Positions 28,187-39,471 of a DNA stretch of 64,000 bases are shown in pieces. This stretch comes from Trueperaceae bacterium (GTDB lineage Bacteria; Deinococcota; Deinococci; Deinococcales; Trueperaceae). The stretch's first letter is position 1. Every line of letters begins with the position of its first letter. Under the pieces are notes generated by a model. It had not been told where the DNA came from and ran no database searches. It saw only the letters and a program-made list of their open reading frames with translations. Location of the stretch: contig CBDCDZ010000004.1 in assembly GCA_965215565.1 (NCBI GenBank), positions 2,656,001 to 2,720,000 on the forward strand, read 5' to 3'. The position numbers and the translations under genes are program-made.

Positions 28187-30603
28187 AAGTTAAAGTTAAC
28201 GGTAACGAATTAGACCTCGAGCCTGGCACCTCAGCCATCGACGCCGTCTTCGCCGCTGGCTACGACGTGCCCTACTTCTGCTCGCAGGAGTACATGTCGC
28301 CCATCGGCGCGTGCCGTATGTGCTTGGGCAAAGTCGGTGCGCCGCGCAAAGACCGCGAGACGGGCGAGTGGATTAAAGACGAGGAGACGGGCGAGCCGAA
28401 AGTGTTCTTCTTCCCTAACCTGATGGCGACCTGCACAACTGCCATTATGGAGGGGATGGTCATCGACACGCAGTCCAAAGAGGTCAAGCAGGCGCAGTCG
28501 GGGATGATGGAGTTCACGCTCATCAACCACCCGCTGGACTGTCCTGTCTGCGACAAGGGTGGCGCGTGCGAACTACAAGACCGCGCGTATGAATACGGCT
28601 CCGGGACGACGCGCTTCGACTTCGACAAGCGCCACCAAGAAAAGCATCACGCTTTAAGTGAACTCATCACCTTGGACCGCGAGCGCTGCATCCACTGTAA
28701 GCGGTGCGTGCGCTACTTCGAAGAGGTGCCGAGCGATGAGGTCTTGGACTTCATCGACCGAGGCGGGCACACCTACATCGGCAACGTCGAGGACGGGCTG
28801 CCCTCGAACTTCACGGGGAACATCACGGACATGTGTCCGGTGGGTGCATTGCTGGACACGACCTCTCGTTTTAGAGGGCGCAACTGGGAGTATGACCACA
28901 CGCGCTCGACCTCTATGGATGATTCGTCGGGTAGCGCGGTGATGATTGACGCCCGCACGGGTCGAATTGAGCGCATCAAGGCGGCGCGGAATACGCAGAT
29001 TAACCTCGATTGGCTGGATGACGGCACGCGCTTTGGGCATGAGTACGCGAACGCGGAAGATAGACTCAAGACGCCGATGATTCGTAAGGGTGAGACCCTC
29101 GAGCCCGCCACCTGGGAAGAAGCCGCTGAGTTCATCAAGGGTAAGCTCGAGTCTTTGGGTGACAGTATTGGGATCGTACTAAGAGCGGACGCGACGCTCG
29201 AGGAAGCCGTCGCCGCGAAAGCCCTAGCCGAACAGCTCGGCACGGGTCACTTAGACCACTTCCCGCGCCCTGCCGCCTCGGTGATTCCAACCGCCGAGCC
29301 TGCGACCTTCACGGATGTCGCCACGAGTGACGGCATCTTCGTCATCGGTGATGTGACCGAAGAGGTGCCGATTTTAGACCTCCGCATCAAAGACGCGCTC
29401 AAAGGTGTGCCGCCCGCCGACCTCATGCCGCACGGCGTTCCTATCGCCGACTTGCGCCTCAAGGAGCGGATGCCGCGCAAGCACGGGATTTTGACCGTCG
29501 CCGCGCCCTACCGCGCGGATTTGATGCAGCACGCGGGGCGGGGGCTCGAGTACGCTGCAGGTCAAGAGGTCAAACTTCTCACCTCTTTATTAAATGTAGC
29601 GAATGGGGAAGAGGTCAGCGGCGCGGATGAACTTGGCTTAGACGCGGAACACCTCTCCAAATTAGTTGAAGAACTCAAAGCTGCTGAGAACCCCGTCATT
29701 GTTTACGGCGCGTTCGTCCTCGCCTCACCTGAAGCGGTTAAGAAGGCGAACAAGTTGGCGGAAGCGGTTGGCGCGAAGGTTATGCCGCTAGGACCGATGG
29801 CGAACTCGTATGGGTTGGAAGCGTTCGAGGTTCTCCCACAAGGTAAGAACTATCAAAAGATGATTAACGGAGAGGTCAAGGGTCTCTTTCTCTCGGGTTT
29901 GAATCCTGCGCAGAATAAATATGTCGCAAGTGTCTTCAAGAGTCTGAGTCTGCTCGTTGTCCACGACTCTTTCCCAACCGAGACAACCGAACTCGCTGAC
30001 GTCGTCCTCCCGGCGAAAACAGGTTACGAGAAAGAGGGGGTAGTGGTGAACCTCGAGGGGCGCTACCTCCCTGTCCACCCTGCACCTGTTGACGGCGGTC
30101 AATCGGAGAACTTCACCGGGCTCGTCAAAGCGTTAGGCGAAGCGATGGGGACACGGATGGACGGGCGCAGCTTGCGGAGTGCGCGGCGGATGCTCAGGAA
30201 GCAGCGCGACCTCGACTTGGATGAACTGCCCGTCGAAGGTCAAATCATCGTCAGCGAGCCTAAAGCCACTGCTGGACGAGAGGTCAGTGCAGAAGGCAAC
30301 CTCTTACTCGTGCCGAGCATGGTCAAAGCGGAGCGTTTAAGCCGTAACCCGCACATGGTGGCGGCGTATAGCGAAGCGCCTTTGCGCATCAGTGCGGATG
30401 ATGCAAAGAAAGAGGGTCTGGCAAACGGCGAACTCGTCATTTTAACTGTCGCTGGCTTCACCCGCCGCGCACAGGTTAAAGTATCTGACGCTATGCCACA
30501 AGGACTCATGACCCTGCCCGTACTGCCCGAACAACCCACTCAACTCGTTCAGTTCGACCTCTCGAGCGTCCAACGCGAACGCCAAGCGGAGGCTGCCGAC
30601 TGA
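28183..30603 (+). CDS. nuoG: NADH-quinone oxidoreductase subunit G
   Basis: GTG overlapping the nuoF stop; [36 protein letters not shown]. Confidence 0.96.
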   Translation: MKVKVNGNELDLEPGTSAIDAVFAAGYDVPYFCSQEYMSPIGACRMCLGKVGAPRKDRETGEWIKDEETGEPKVFFFPNLMATCTTAIMEGMVIDTQSKEVKQAQSGMMEFTLINHPLDCPVCDKGGACELQDRAYEYGSGTTRFDFDKRHQEKHHALSELITLDRERCIHCKRCVRYFEEVPSDEVLDFIDRGGHTYIGNVEDGLPSNFTGNITDMCPVGALLDTTSRFRGRNWEYDHTRSTSMDDSSGSAVMIDARTGRIERIKAARNTQINLDWLDDGTRFGHEYANAEDRLKTPMIRKGETLEPATWEEAAEFIKGKLESLGDSIGIVLRADATLEEAVAAKALAEQLGTGHLDHFPRPAASVIPTAEPATFTDVATSDGIFVIGDVTEEVPILDLRIKDALKGVPPADLMPHGVPIADLRLKERMPRKHGILTVAAPYRADLMQHAGRGLEYAAGQEVKLLTSLLNVANGEEVSGADELGLDAEHLSKLVEELKAAENPVIVYGAFVLASPEAVKKANKLAEAVGAKVMPLGPMANSYGLEAFEVLPQGKNYQKMINGEVKGLFLSGLNPAQNKYVASVFKSLSLLVVHDSFPTETTELADVVLPAKTGYEKEGVVVNLEGRYLPVHPAPVDGGQSENFTGLVKALGEAMGTRMDGRSLRSARRMLRKQRDLDLDELPVEGQIIVSEPKATAGREVSAEGNLLLVPSMVKAERLSRNPHMVAAYSEAPLRISADDAKKEGLANGELVILTVAGFTRRAQVKVSDAMPQGLMTLPVLPEQPTQLVQFDLSSVQRERQAEAAD

Positions 30604-31613
30604 TGGCGGACCCCTTACTCGTCACCTTTATCAAGGCGCTCGTCATGTGCTTCACGCTTTTGGGCGCGTTCGCCTACATGACCCTCGTTGAGCGCCGCCT
30701 CTTAGGGCGGATGCAGCACCGCTACGGACCCAACCGCGTCGGACCGTTCGGGCTCTTGCAGCCCATCGCGGACGCGATTAAGTCGGTCTTCAAAGAGGAC
30801 ATCACGGTTTCTGCGTCGGACAAATTCGTCTACTTCCTCGCGCCTTTCTTGAGCATCACGCTTGCCTTAACCGCGTTCGGCGCGATTCCGGCGGGACCAG
30901 AGGGAAGTCTGCTCGGCTATAACCCCTGGATTATGGACTTGGACATCGGACTTCTCTTCATCCTCGCCGCGACGAGTGTGGCAGTCTACGGTATCTTCTT
31001 GGCGGGCTGGGCATCGAACAGCAAGTACTCGCTCCTCGGCGGACTCCGCTCCTCGGCGCAGATGATTTCGTACGAACTCGGGCTCGGGCTCTCCATTCTC
31101 GGCGTCATCATGATTACGGGGACGCTCAATCTGCGCGAAATCGTGGAGTATCAAGAGGGGTGGCGTCTGATGCTCCTCTTGCAGCCTGTCGCGTTCGTGA
31201 CGTTCGTTATTTCCGCCGTTGCAGAAGTGAACCGCACGCCCTTCGACTTGCCCGAAGCGGAGCAGGAGATTGTGGCGGGGTACTTGACGGAGTACTCGAG
31301 CATCAAGTGGGCGCTCTTCCAGATGGCGGAGTACGTCAACATGATGACCTCGGCGGCGTTTATCAGCACGCTCTTTCTGGGCGGCTGGCGCGGTCCGGTC
31401 TTCTTGGATGCGTTCATTCCGGGTGCGAGTTCGGTTCCTTTCGTCTGGCTGATTGCGAAGATGGCGATTTTCATGTTTCTTTTCATCTGGCTCCGCGCCA
31501 CGCTGCCGCGCTTTCGCTACGACCAGCTCATGCGCTTCGGCTGGATTTGGCTCTTTGAAATTGCCCTGGCGAGTGCGATTGTGACGGGTGCGGTGATTGC
31601 GTTCGTGTTGTAA
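30603..31613 (+). CDS. nuoH: NADH-quinone oxidoreductase subunit H
   Basis: [39 protein letters not shown]. Confidence 0.98.
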   Translation: MADPLLVTFIKALVMCFTLLGAFAYMTLVERRLLGRMQHRYGPNRVGPFGLLQPIADAIKSVFKEDITVSASDKFVYFLAPFLSITLALTAFGAIPAGPEGSLLGYNPWIMDLDIGLLFILAATSVAVYGIFLAGWASNSKYSLLGGLRSSAQMISYELGLGLSILGVIMITGTLNLREIVEYQEGWRLMLLLQPVAFVTFVISAVAEVNRTPFDLPEAEQEIVAGYLTEYSSIKWALFQMAEYVNMMTSAAFISTLFLGGWRGPVFLDAFIPGASSVPFVWLIAKMAIFMFLFIWLRATLPRFRYDQLMRFGWIWLFEIALASAIVTGAVIAFVL

Positions 31614-31659
31614 GTGGCTAGTTGTGAGTGGTTAGGGATGAGTTGGAGGAGTGAGGTTT

Positions 31660-32136
31660 ATGAGCAAGGCTGAAGTCATTTCAATCTTCACCGCACCCGA
31701 GGCGGAAGCGCCGATGGAGACGGTGGAATCTGTAGAGGCTGTCGAAGGACAAGGCTTGAAGGGTGACCGTTACTTCAAGGACGAAGGGACGTTCTCCGGC
31801 AAAGTCGAATCGCCTTCCGATGAGGTCACGCTGATCGAGTCCGAGATGGTGGAGGCGTTTAACGAGCGCGGGGAAACGACCTTAGAACCTCACGCCTTCC
31901 GCCGCAACCTCTTGACCAAAGGGGTCAGCTTGAACGCCTTAGTTGGTCAAACCTTCAAAGTTGGCGACGTGACCCTAAAAGGGACGCGGCTTTGCGAGCC
32001 CTGTAACCACCTCGCGACGATTGTTCATAAAGACGTACTCCAGATGGTCCATCAAGCGGGATTAAGGGCGGGGATTGTCTCGAGTGGAACCATTAACGTT
32101 GGCGACCCCATTCAAGTTTTAGTGGAATCTGAATGA
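31660..32136 (+). CDS. MOSC-domain protein
   Basis: GLKGDRY, VTLIESE, RRNLLTKGV, RLCEPC, GLRA. Confidence 0.85.
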   Translation: MSKAEVISIFTAPEAEAPMETVESVEAVEGQGLKGDRYFKDEGTFSGKVESPSDEVTLIESEMVEAFNERGETTLEPHAFRRNLLTKGVSLNALVGQTFKVGDVTLKGTRLCEPCNHLATIVHKDVLQMVHQAGLRAGIVSSGTINVGDPIQVLVESE

Positions 32137-32162
32137 AGGTAGTGCTAGTCAACAATGAACTA

Positions 32163-32310
32163 TGTCATTCTGAGTGAAGCGAAGCGTAACGAAGAATCTC
32201 TGCATTCGCCTTCTCCTCTAACGGAGATTGCAAATTACGCAGTTTTGGCGCAGCCAACCGAGACCCTTCGCCTGCGCCGGACTTCGTCTAACTGCGTGAA
32301 CAGGGTGACA
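32163..32310. repeat. REP-like long palindromic element (TGTCATTCTGAG...GAAGAATCTC / GAGACCCTTCG...CAGGGTGACA)
   Basis: Ends are imperfect inverted repeats. Confidence 0.65.
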
Positions 32311-32386
32311 TTCACAAAGAATTTAAGCGATGGTTATTTTGTCAGAAGGATCAACTGGTAGTTAGTCTCTACCTGAGAGGAAAAGT

Positions 32387-32911
32387 ATGAGCGTTATAGA
32401 CATTGCAAAGGGCATGGGCGTCACGCTCGGGCATCTGTTCAAAAAGCCCGTGACCGTGCGCTATCCCGAAGAACCTGCCACGATACAGCCGCGCTTCCGC
32501 GGACGGCATCACCTACTTAGGCATCCGAATGGGCTCGAGAAGTGCATCGGCTGCTCCTTATGCGCGGCAGCGTGCCCTGCCTACGCCATCTACGTCGAAG
32601 CGGCGGAGAACGATCCCGACAACCCCACCTCACCGGGCGAGCGCTACGCGAGCATCTACGAGATCAACATGCTCCGCTGTATCTTCTGCGGTATGTGCGA
32701 AGAGGCGTGTCCAACGGGCGCGGTGGTCTTGGGACACGAGTTCGAGTTGGCGGACTTCAAATACGACGACTTCACCTACGGCAAAGAGGACATGCTCGTC
32801 GGCGTCAAGGGCTCGAAGTGGCAGCGGCGTGAGGCGGAGAAGAAAGGTGAAGAGGTCAGGCTCGGGTTTGAGGCGGGCTCGAGGCCGGAACTCGAGGGAG
32901 TGGAGTACTGA
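32387..32911 (+). CDS. nuoI: NADH-quinone oxidoreductase subunit I
   Basis: [12 protein letters not shown] and [12 protein letters not shown]. Confidence 0.98.
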   Translation: MSVIDIAKGMGVTLGHLFKKPVTVRYPEEPATIQPRFRGRHHLLRHPNGLEKCIGCSLCAAACPAYAIYVEAAENDPDNPTSPGERYASIYEINMLRCIFCGMCEEACPTGAVVLGHEFELADFKYDDFTYGKEDMLVGVKGSKWQRREAEKKGEEVRLGFEAGSRPELEGVEY

Positions 32912-32930
32912 TGAAGAGGTTAAAGAGAAA

Positions 32931-32991
32931 AGGACTGAGGACTGAGAGGAAAGATTTTAACCTCAGTCCTCAGTCCTCGTTACTCAGTCCT
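32931..32991. repeat. Heptamer-repeat hairpin (GGACTGA)n...(TCAGTCC)n
   Basis: Period-7 arms, mutually complementary. Confidence 0.7.
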
Positions 32992-33008
32992 TCAATCCTG
33001 GTGGCTCT

Positions 33009-33563
33009 ATGATTACCTTCTATCTCCTCGCAGCAATAATGATCATCGGCGCGTTGGGCGTCATCACCCTGCGGCAACCCGTCCACGCGGCACTCTCGCT
33101 CGTCGGGACGCTGCTAACGCTCGCCGTAACATATGTAAGCTTGCAAGCGCATTTCTTAGCAGCCATTCAGGTCATCGTTTACGCGGGTGCGATCATGGTG
33201 CTCTTCTTGTTCGTCATCATGCTGCTGAACGTGCAAGGGGAAGACCGCGCGACTGACCTCAGATGGATGAAACCAGCGGCGTACCTCGTCGGGATAGGCG
33301 CGGCGGGCGCACTCATCGTGACCATCTTCGCGAATCCTCTACCCCTTCCGAGCGCCGAACAAATTAGCACCGTTCTTAACGGCGGCGGCGCAGCAGAGGT
33401 CGGCGACGCGCTCTTCAGCCAGTTCGTCTTAGCCTTTCAGCTCGTCGGCGTCCTCCTTTTAACGGGCATTATCGGCGCGGTGAGCTTGGTTGAGCGCAAG
33501 GCGCGGCAGGTTGAGGATGCGCAGGCGGAGCGAGAAGAGACGAGGGAGTTGACAAATGCATAA
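33009..33563 (+). CDS. nuoJ: NADH-quinone oxidoreductase subunit J
   Basis: PVHAAL, QVIVYAGAIMVLFLFVIMLL. Confidence 0.96.
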   Translation: MITFYLLAAIMIIGALGVITLRQPVHAALSLVGTLLTLAVTYVSLQAHFLAAIQVIVYAGAIMVLFLFVIMLLNVQGEDRATDLRWMKPAAYLVGIGAAGALIVTIFANPLPLPSAEQISTVLNGGGAAEVGDALFSQFVLAFQLVGVLLLTGIIGAVSLVERKARQVEDAQAEREETRELTNA

Positions 33564-33567
33564 AGAT

Positions 33568-33657
33568 AGCAATGAGCAACGAGCAATGAGCAATGAGTTT
33601 TTGGTTTTCACTCATTGCTCGTTACGGGCGTGCCCTGCCGTTTCACTGCTCATTGCT
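33568..33657. repeat. Heptamer-repeat hairpin (CAATGAG)n...(CTCATTG)n
   Basis: Seen directly between nuoJ and nuoK. Confidence 0.75.
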
Positions 33658-33686
33658 TTCAACTTCTACTCTCAAAGGAAATGCTG

Positions 33687-34007
33687 ATGGTCCCTACTGA
33701 GTATTACGTGGCTTTAAGTGCTGTTATTTTTTCGATTGGCGCGGTGGGCGTGTTGACGCGCCGCAGCGCAATTATGATTTTCTTATCCGTTGAACTCATG
33801 CTCAACGCGGCGAACTTGGCGTTGGTGGCGTTTGCAAGAGGTTGGGCGGGCGCGGGCGCTGAGATTGCTATGTCGGGGCAGGCGGCGGTCTTTATTATTC
33901 TGGCGATTGCGGCGGCGGAGGTTGCGGTGGGTTTAGGCATCCTCGTCGCGATTTTCCGCTACCGCCGCTCGTCGGACGTGGACACGCTCCATGAGGTAAG
34001 GCTATGA
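33687..34007 (+). CDS. nuoK: NADH-quinone oxidoreductase subunit K
   Basis: SVELMLNAANL, AAAEVAVGL. Confidence 0.96.
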   Translation: MVPTEYYVALSAVIFSIGAVGVLTRRSAIMIFLSVELMLNAANLALVAFARGWAGAGAEIAMSGQAAVFIILAIAAAEVAVGLGILVAIFRYRRSSDVDTLHEVRL

Positions 34008-35989
34008 CACCAGAAGCTCTTGCGAACGCGGAGGTTCTCACCCTCGACGTGATCTCACTCGCCGCCGCCGCGCCGCTCTTCCCGCTTATAGGCGCGATTA
34101 TCTGTGGTTTCTTCGGACGGAGTTTGAACGAGCCTAAGCCGGGGATATTCGCTTCGATTATGGTCGGCATCAGCTTCATTCTCTCGACAATCGCGTTCAT
34201 TGGACTCCTGGGACGCGAGGAGCCGAGCGTCTCGGTGGTGCTCTGGGATTACCTCTCGGCGGGGAGTTTTGACCTCGATATCGGCTTTGTCATTGACTCG
34301 CTGAGCGTCACGCTGATGATGATTATCACGGGCGTCGGCTTCCTGATTCACATTTACTCGGCGGGTTACATGCACGGTGACGACGGCTACAGCCGCTACT
34401 TCGCTGGGCTCAACCTCTTCGTCGCGGCGATGCTGGTACTCGTCATGGCGGATTCGTTTTTGCTGATGTTCGTCGGTTGGGAAGGCGTCGGGGTCTGCTC
34501 ATACCTCCTTATCGGCTTTTGGTACGGAGACCGGCTCAACGCGGACGCGGCGCGAAAGGCATTTATCGTCAACCGCATCGGGGACGTGGGCTTTTTGCTA
34601 GCGATGTTTTTGACGGTTGCTATCTTCGGCACGCTGAATATTGCGGCGGTCAATGAGGCAGTGTCTGGTGTCGGCGGTGGGCTCCTCGCGGGTTCCGCCC
34701 TTATCACGGTGCTCGGCGTCCTCTACCTCATCGCGGCGTGCGGCAAGTCGGCGCAGCTCCCCTTGCAGGTGTGGCTCCCCGACGCGATGGCGGGACCGAC
34801 GCCCGTCTCGGCGCTCATCCACGCGGCGACGATGGTCACGGCGGGCGTGTATCTTATCGCTAGGGCGGCACCTCTTTTTGCAGCCACACCCATCGCGTCA
34901 GCGGCGGTGGCGTGGGTCGGGGCGATTACGGCGTTCGTGGCGGCGTTTGCGGCGCTTTCGCAAACGGACATCAAGAAGATTCTCGCGTACTCCACGGTGT
35001 CACAGCTTGGCTATATGTTTGTGGCGGTTGGCGTCGGCGCGTATTGGGTCGGCATCTTCCACGTCGTCACGCACGCTTTCTTTAAGGCGCTGCTCTTTCT
35101 CGGGGCGGGCTCGGTGATTCATTCGCTCGGCGGCGAGCAGGATATTCGCAAGATGGGCGGTTTGGGCAAGCACATGAAGGTAACGGGGACAACCTCTTTG
35201 ATTGCGACGTTAGCGATTGCGGGCGTGCCGCTCTTGGCAGGCTTCTTCAGTAAAGACGCGATTCTGGCGCACACCTATAACACGCAGCTCTTAGAGGGCT
35301 ACGGCAGCCTCACCCTCTACAGCATCTTGCTCACCACGGCGGGGATGACGGCGTTCTACATGTTCCGCTGGTACTACCGCGTGTTTGCAGGTGAAGAGAG
35401 GTTGACGAGTGAGGCGAAAGAGCATCTGCACGAGTCGCCCCGCACGATGACCACGCCTCTTGTTATCCTAGCGGTTTTTAGCATCGGCATTGGCTACATC
35501 GGTCTGCCTGAGTTCGCCTTTCCCAATTGGATTGCGCCGTGGCTCGAGCACAGCACCGGACACCCCGTCTCCTTCAACCATCCGCCTGTCACGATTGAAT
35601 GGATTCTCATCGGGCTTTCAGTGGCAGCGGCGACGGTTGGTCTTCTCGTTGGCTACTTTATGTATGGTGTCGGCAGTGGCGTGTCGGAGGAGCGCTCGAG
35701 CACAGGTTTCGCTGGCGCACTCCACCGCTTCTCGCAGAACGGTGCAGGCTTCGACGCACTTTACAAAGCCATCTTTGTCCGCACGGGTGAGGGGGCAGCG
35801 AGAGGTCTTTCTATTGGCGATCAAGAGGTCGTAGATAAGGGGCTGAATGGCACTTACATCGGAGTGGGGATTCTGGCTCGAGCTGTTGGGCTCCTCCAAT
35901 CGGGCTACGTGCGAGCTTATGCGCTCCTCATGCTCTTAGGACTGGCGGCGCTCGTCCTACTCGTCGCCTTCGGTGGAGTGGTCCTATGA
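34004..35989 (+). CDS. nuoL: NADH-quinone oxidoreductase subunit L
   Basis: WLPDAMAGPTPVSALIHAATMVTAG, HAFFKALLFL. Confidence 0.98.
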   Translation: MTPEALANAEVLTLDVISLAAAAPLFPLIGAIICGFFGRSLNEPKPGIFASIMVGISFILSTIAFIGLLGREEPSVSVVLWDYLSAGSFDLDIGFVIDSLSVTLMMIITGVGFLIHIYSAGYMHGDDGYSRYFAGLNLFVAAMLVLVMADSFLLMFVGWEGVGVCSYLLIGFWYGDRLNADAARKAFIVNRIGDVGFLLAMFLTVAIFGTLNIAAVNEAVSGVGGGLLAGSALITVLGVLYLIAACGKSAQLPLQVWLPDAMAGPTPVSALIHAATMVTAGVYLIARAAPLFAATPIASAAVAWVGAITAFVAAFAALSQTDIKKILAYSTVSQLGYMFVAVGVGAYWVGIFHVVTHAFFKALLFLGAGSVIHSLGGEQDIRKMGGLGKHMKVTGTTSLIATLAIAGVPLLAGFFSKDAILAHTYNTQLLEGYGSLTLYSILLTTAGMTAFYMFRWYYRVFAGEERLTSEAKEHLHESPRTMTTPLVILAVFSIGIGYIGLPEFAFPNWIAPWLEHSTGHPVSFNHPPVTIEWILIGLSVAAATVGLLVGYFMYGVGSGVSEERSSTGFAGALHRFSQNGAGFDALYKAIFVRTGEGAARGLSIGDQEVVDKGLNGTYIGVGILARAVGLLQSGYVRAYALLMLLGLAALVLLVAFGGVVL

Positions 35990-37479
35990 TTCTGACCTTA
36001 CTAGCGCTCTTCTTACCTTTTCTGACAGGTCTGCTCGCCCTGGTTATTTCAGGACGCGGACGACAAATTACCGTTTTGCTTGGCAGCTTGGCAACCTTCG
36101 CGGTGGCGATGCTTCTGCCTAGCGCCTCCGGCATCGAGGTTCCCTGGTTCGAGAGTTTGGGCATTTACTTCTCGGTGAGTCCGGCAGGTGCAGGCAGCGT
36201 GCTTGTGCTCGTCGCCTCGCTCGTCATGATTCCAACTGCATATTACGCAGCCACAAAAGTCGAGGAGCGCACGGGCGCATTTGTCGCGCTGCTCCTCGCC
36301 ATGCAGACCGGGCTCAACGGCATTTTCATGGCGCAGGACTTGGTGCTCTACTACATCTTCTGGGAAGCGACGCTGATTCCTAGTGTGCTGATGCTGGGGG
36401 GATGGGGCTTGGAGCGCCGTCAACAAGCCGCCCTCAAATACCTGACCTACGCCGTCGCTGGCTCATTTCTCATGCTCGTTGCTATCCTCGCTTTACGCCC
36501 CATTTCGGGCGCAGCGAGCTTCCGCATGGTGGACCTCTTAGCGGTCACGCCGCAGCTTCCGTTTTTCACACAGCTTTGGCTCTTTATCGGCTTTGCTTTA
36601 GCGTTCGCTGTAAAGCACCCGCTCTGGCCGCTGCACGCTTGGCTGCCACACTTCCACGAGCAGAACCACCCCTCGGGGGCGGCGGATGTCGCTGGGACGC
36701 TCTACAAGGTCGGCGGTTGGGGTTTCTTCGCCTTTGCGCTACCTCTTTTCCCGGACGCGGCGGCGGCGGCTTCGCCGATTCTTGTGGCGGTGGCGGCCTT
36801 TACCGCACTCTACGCGGCGATGATTGCCACCGCTCAAACCAATCTCAAGCGACTTCTCGCTTACGCTTCACTCTCACACATGGGCATCGTCGGGGTGGGG
36901 ATTTTCGGTCTGAATATCGCAGGGCTCAACGGTGCGATTTACCTTCTCGCCGCGCAAATGGTCTCGACGGGCGGACTTTTCCTCCTCAGCGGGATGCTCT
37001 ACGAACGGCGCGGCTCGTTCGAGTTAGATGATTACGGCGGTCTTGCGAAAGGTGCGCCCGCATTGGCAGCCATCACCCTCTTCGTGATGTTCGCGAGCAT
37101 CGGCGTGCCGGGGCTCGGCAACTTCCCCGGTGAATTCATGGCGCTCATGGGCGCGTTTCAAACCGCGCCTTACATCGCGGGCTTCGCAACGCTCGCGGTG
37201 ATTGCGGCGGGCGTATATGGGGTGAACATGTATCAGCGGCTTTATCAGGGTGAGCAAAAAGGTGAAGTGTGGGATATGGGGCGGCTCGAGCTGCTCATCC
37301 TCGCCCCCCTCTTAGCAGGCATTGTCTGGCTCGGGGTGACACCGCAGCCACAGTTAGAGAGGATTGAGCGGCAGTCACGGATTGTTCTGACGCAGTTGGA
37401 GGCGCAGCAGCGGGTGAACGCTGAAGGGGAGAGGCTCGAGCTTGTCCTCCAAGAAGACGTACAAAGAGGTCAAGACTAA
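35986..37479 (+). CDS. nuoM: NADH-quinone oxidoreductase subunit M
   Basis: FWEATLIP, PLWPLHAWLP, AYASLSHMG, NFPGEF. Confidence 0.96.
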   Translation: MILTLLALFLPFLTGLLALVISGRGRQITVLLGSLATFAVAMLLPSASGIEVPWFESLGIYFSVSPAGAGSVLVLVASLVMIPTAYYAATKVEERTGAFVALLLAMQTGLNGIFMAQDLVLYYIFWEATLIPSVLMLGGWGLERRQQAALKYLTYAVAGSFLMLVAILALRPISGAASFRMVDLLAVTPQLPFFTQLWLFIGFALAFAVKHPLWPLHAWLPHFHEQNHPSGAADVAGTLYKVGGWGFFAFALPLFPDAAAAASPILVAVAAFTALYAAMIATAQTNLKRLLAYASLSHMGIVGVGIFGLNIAGLNGAIYLLAAQMVSTGGLFLLSGMLYERRGSFELDDYGGLAKGAPALAAITLFVMFASIGVPGLGNFPGEFMALMGAFQTAPYIAGFATLAVIAAGVYGVNMYQRLYQGEQKGEVWDMGRLELLILAPLLAGIVWLGVTPQPQLERIERQSRIVLTQLEAQQRVNAEGERLELVLQEDVQRGQD

Positions 37480-38930
37480 TGCTAGACGTCAACCTGCTCA
37501 ACTTCACACCGCCCATCGCGCTTCTTGTCACCGCTTCTATCAGCGTACTGTTCGCTTTAACTCAGAAGAGCAGCAAGCCGACAGCAATTTTAAGCCTTGT
37601 CGGGTTGGCGGTGGCAGCGGGTTTCAACGCGCAGCTTTTCATCCGGAGTGGCACAGACCAACTTGGCTCGTTCGGCTTTCGCTACTTGGCAGACCGCCCC
37701 GCACTGGCGCTCAACTTCGTCATCATCCTCGGTACAGCGCTCGCCATTCTTATCTCCTACGACTACCTCAAGCGCACCGAACTCGGGCACCCCGAATACT
37801 ATCCGCTGATTTTGCTGAGCGCGACAGGTGCGATGATTATGGTGGCGGCGGGTGACTTGATTGTGCTCGTGCTGGGATTAGAAATCATGTCGCTCGCGGT
37901 CTACGTCCTCTCGGCGTGGCGGCAAAATGCACGCGAATCCGAAGAGGCGGGGATGAAATACTTTCTCTTGGGTGCGTTCGCGTCGGCGTTTCTGATCTAC
38001 GGCATTGCACTGATGTACGGCGCGACGGGGCAGTTTACTTACTTCGGCATCGCGGAAGCGCTGACAGCAGAAGGCTTTAGTCAAGGACTTCTTGCCACGC
38101 TCGGCGGTGTGTTTATTTTAGGTGGCTTAGGGTTCAAAGCGGCTTTAGCGCCCTTCCACCAGTGGTCGCCTGACGCCTATACGGGCGCACCTACCTCTGT
38201 CACGGCTTTTATGAGCATCGTCGTGAAAACGGCGGCGTTCGCGGCGTTAGTCCGAGTCTTTACGCTTATCTACCCAGACTTGGGCGTTATTGTGACGCAG
38301 AGCTTCGTGGTGCTCGTGGCGCTTACGCTCATCGTGGGCAACTTGGCGGCGCTCTTACAGCGGAGCGTCAAGAGGTTGTTGGCGTACTCCGCAGTCGCTC
38401 ACGCGGGCTACTTAGGACTCGGTGTTCTGGCTGCGAATGAGGTCGGAACGCAAGCGCTCATCTGGTACTTGACCGCCTACACCTTGATGAACGCGGGCGC
38501 GTTCGCTGTCCTCACGATGATTAGCGATAAGAATGACCACGGCGACGACTTAGAGCGCTTCGCAGGTCTGGGACAAAAACGCCCCTGGCTCGCCGCGATG
38601 ATGACGCTCTTTCTGCTCAGTTTGGCAGGGATTCCGCCCTTTGCGGGTTTTATGGGTAAGATTCTGGTGTTTCAAGCGGCGATTCAAGCGGAGTACATCT
38701 CGCTCGCTGTGATTGGGATCCTCACGAGTATCGTCGCGGTGGTCTACTACTTCCGCGTGATTGCGTACATGTATTTCCGCGAAGTGGAGTACGAACCGCT
38801 CGATATTCAGAGTCGTGCGACGAACATTGCGATTGGTGTGGCGGCATTTGGAACGGTGGCGTTAGGACTTCTACCGGGCTGGTGGTACGGGCTTCTCAGT
38901 GCGGGAAGACAGCTTATTGCAGGTTTGTAG
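37479..38930 (+). CDS. nuoN: NADH-quinone oxidoreductase subunit N
   Basis: EAGMKYF, PFHQWSPDAYTGAP, LSLAGIPPFAGFMGK. Confidence 0.97.
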   Translation: MLDVNLLNFTPPIALLVTASISVLFALTQKSSKPTAILSLVGLAVAAGFNAQLFIRSGTDQLGSFGFRYLADRPALALNFVIILGTALAILISYDYLKRTELGHPEYYPLILLSATGAMIMVAAGDLIVLVLGLEIMSLAVYVLSAWRQNARESEEAGMKYFLLGAFASAFLIYGIALMYGATGQFTYFGIAEALTAEGFSQGLLATLGGVFILGGLGFKAALAPFHQWSPDAYTGAPTSVTAFMSIVVKTAAFAALVRVFTLIYPDLGVIVTQSFVVLVALTLIVGNLAALLQRSVKRLLAYSAVAHAGYLGLGVLAANEVGTQALIWYLTAYTLMNAGAFAVLTMISDKNDHGDDLERFAGLGQKRPWLAAMMTLFLLSLAGIPPFAGFMGKILVFQAAIQAEYISLAVIGILTSIVAVVYYFRVIAYMYFREVEYEPLDIQSRATNIAIGVAAFGTVALGLLPGWWYGLLSAGRQLIAGL

Positions 38931-38989
38931 ACACTCCTTTAAGCTGATCTCTTCTCGTAAAAGGGAAGAGGTCTTTTTTATTCTCCTGA

Positions 38990-39382
38990 CTAACGCGCGT
39001 AGTTCCGCACCATCATCCCCCTCGAGCCCACCATCCCCAACCGCTCATAAAAGGGCTGAAGCGCCTCGTCGCACAAGAGGTCAACCATGTAAAGGTGGCT
39101 GAGTTTGCCCAACATTCGGCGCATAAGAGTCGTGCCTATCCCTCGTCCCTGATATTCGGGTAGAACTTCCAGAAGCGGAACGTAAGCTGAAAGAATCCCG
39201 TCTGAAATGGCGGTGACGAAGCCGACGACGCTATTAACCTCTTCATCAAATGCGAGGACGACGTAGTTGCTCCTATGTAGAAGCTCGAGCAACACCTCTA
39301 CGGAAGGTGGCTCAGGCCAACCGACAAAAAAGCCCGTAAGCTGTTTTGCTGAGATGTTTTGAGGAGACTCGAGGTAAACCAT
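38990..39382 (-). CDS. GNAT family N-acetyltransferase
   Basis: LEVLPEYQGRGIG, FYERLG. Confidence 0.9.
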   Translation of the reverse strand: MVYLESPQNISAKQLTGFFVGWPEPPSVEVLLELLHRSNYVVLAFDEEVNSVVGFVTAISDGILSAYVPLLEVLPEYQGRGIGTTLMRRMLGKLSHLYMVDLLCDEALQPFYERLGMVGSRGMMVRNYAR

Positions 39383-39471
39383 ACCCTAAAGTGTAACGAT
39401 TTCCACTCACCTCTTTAAGACACGAAAATTCACCCCGCAAGGACGCTGTGGGTCACTACAATACAAGCTAT

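Noticed and set aside
32155..32361. 68-aa ORF MNYVILSEAKRNEES
   Set aside because: It is the translation of the REP-like palindrome
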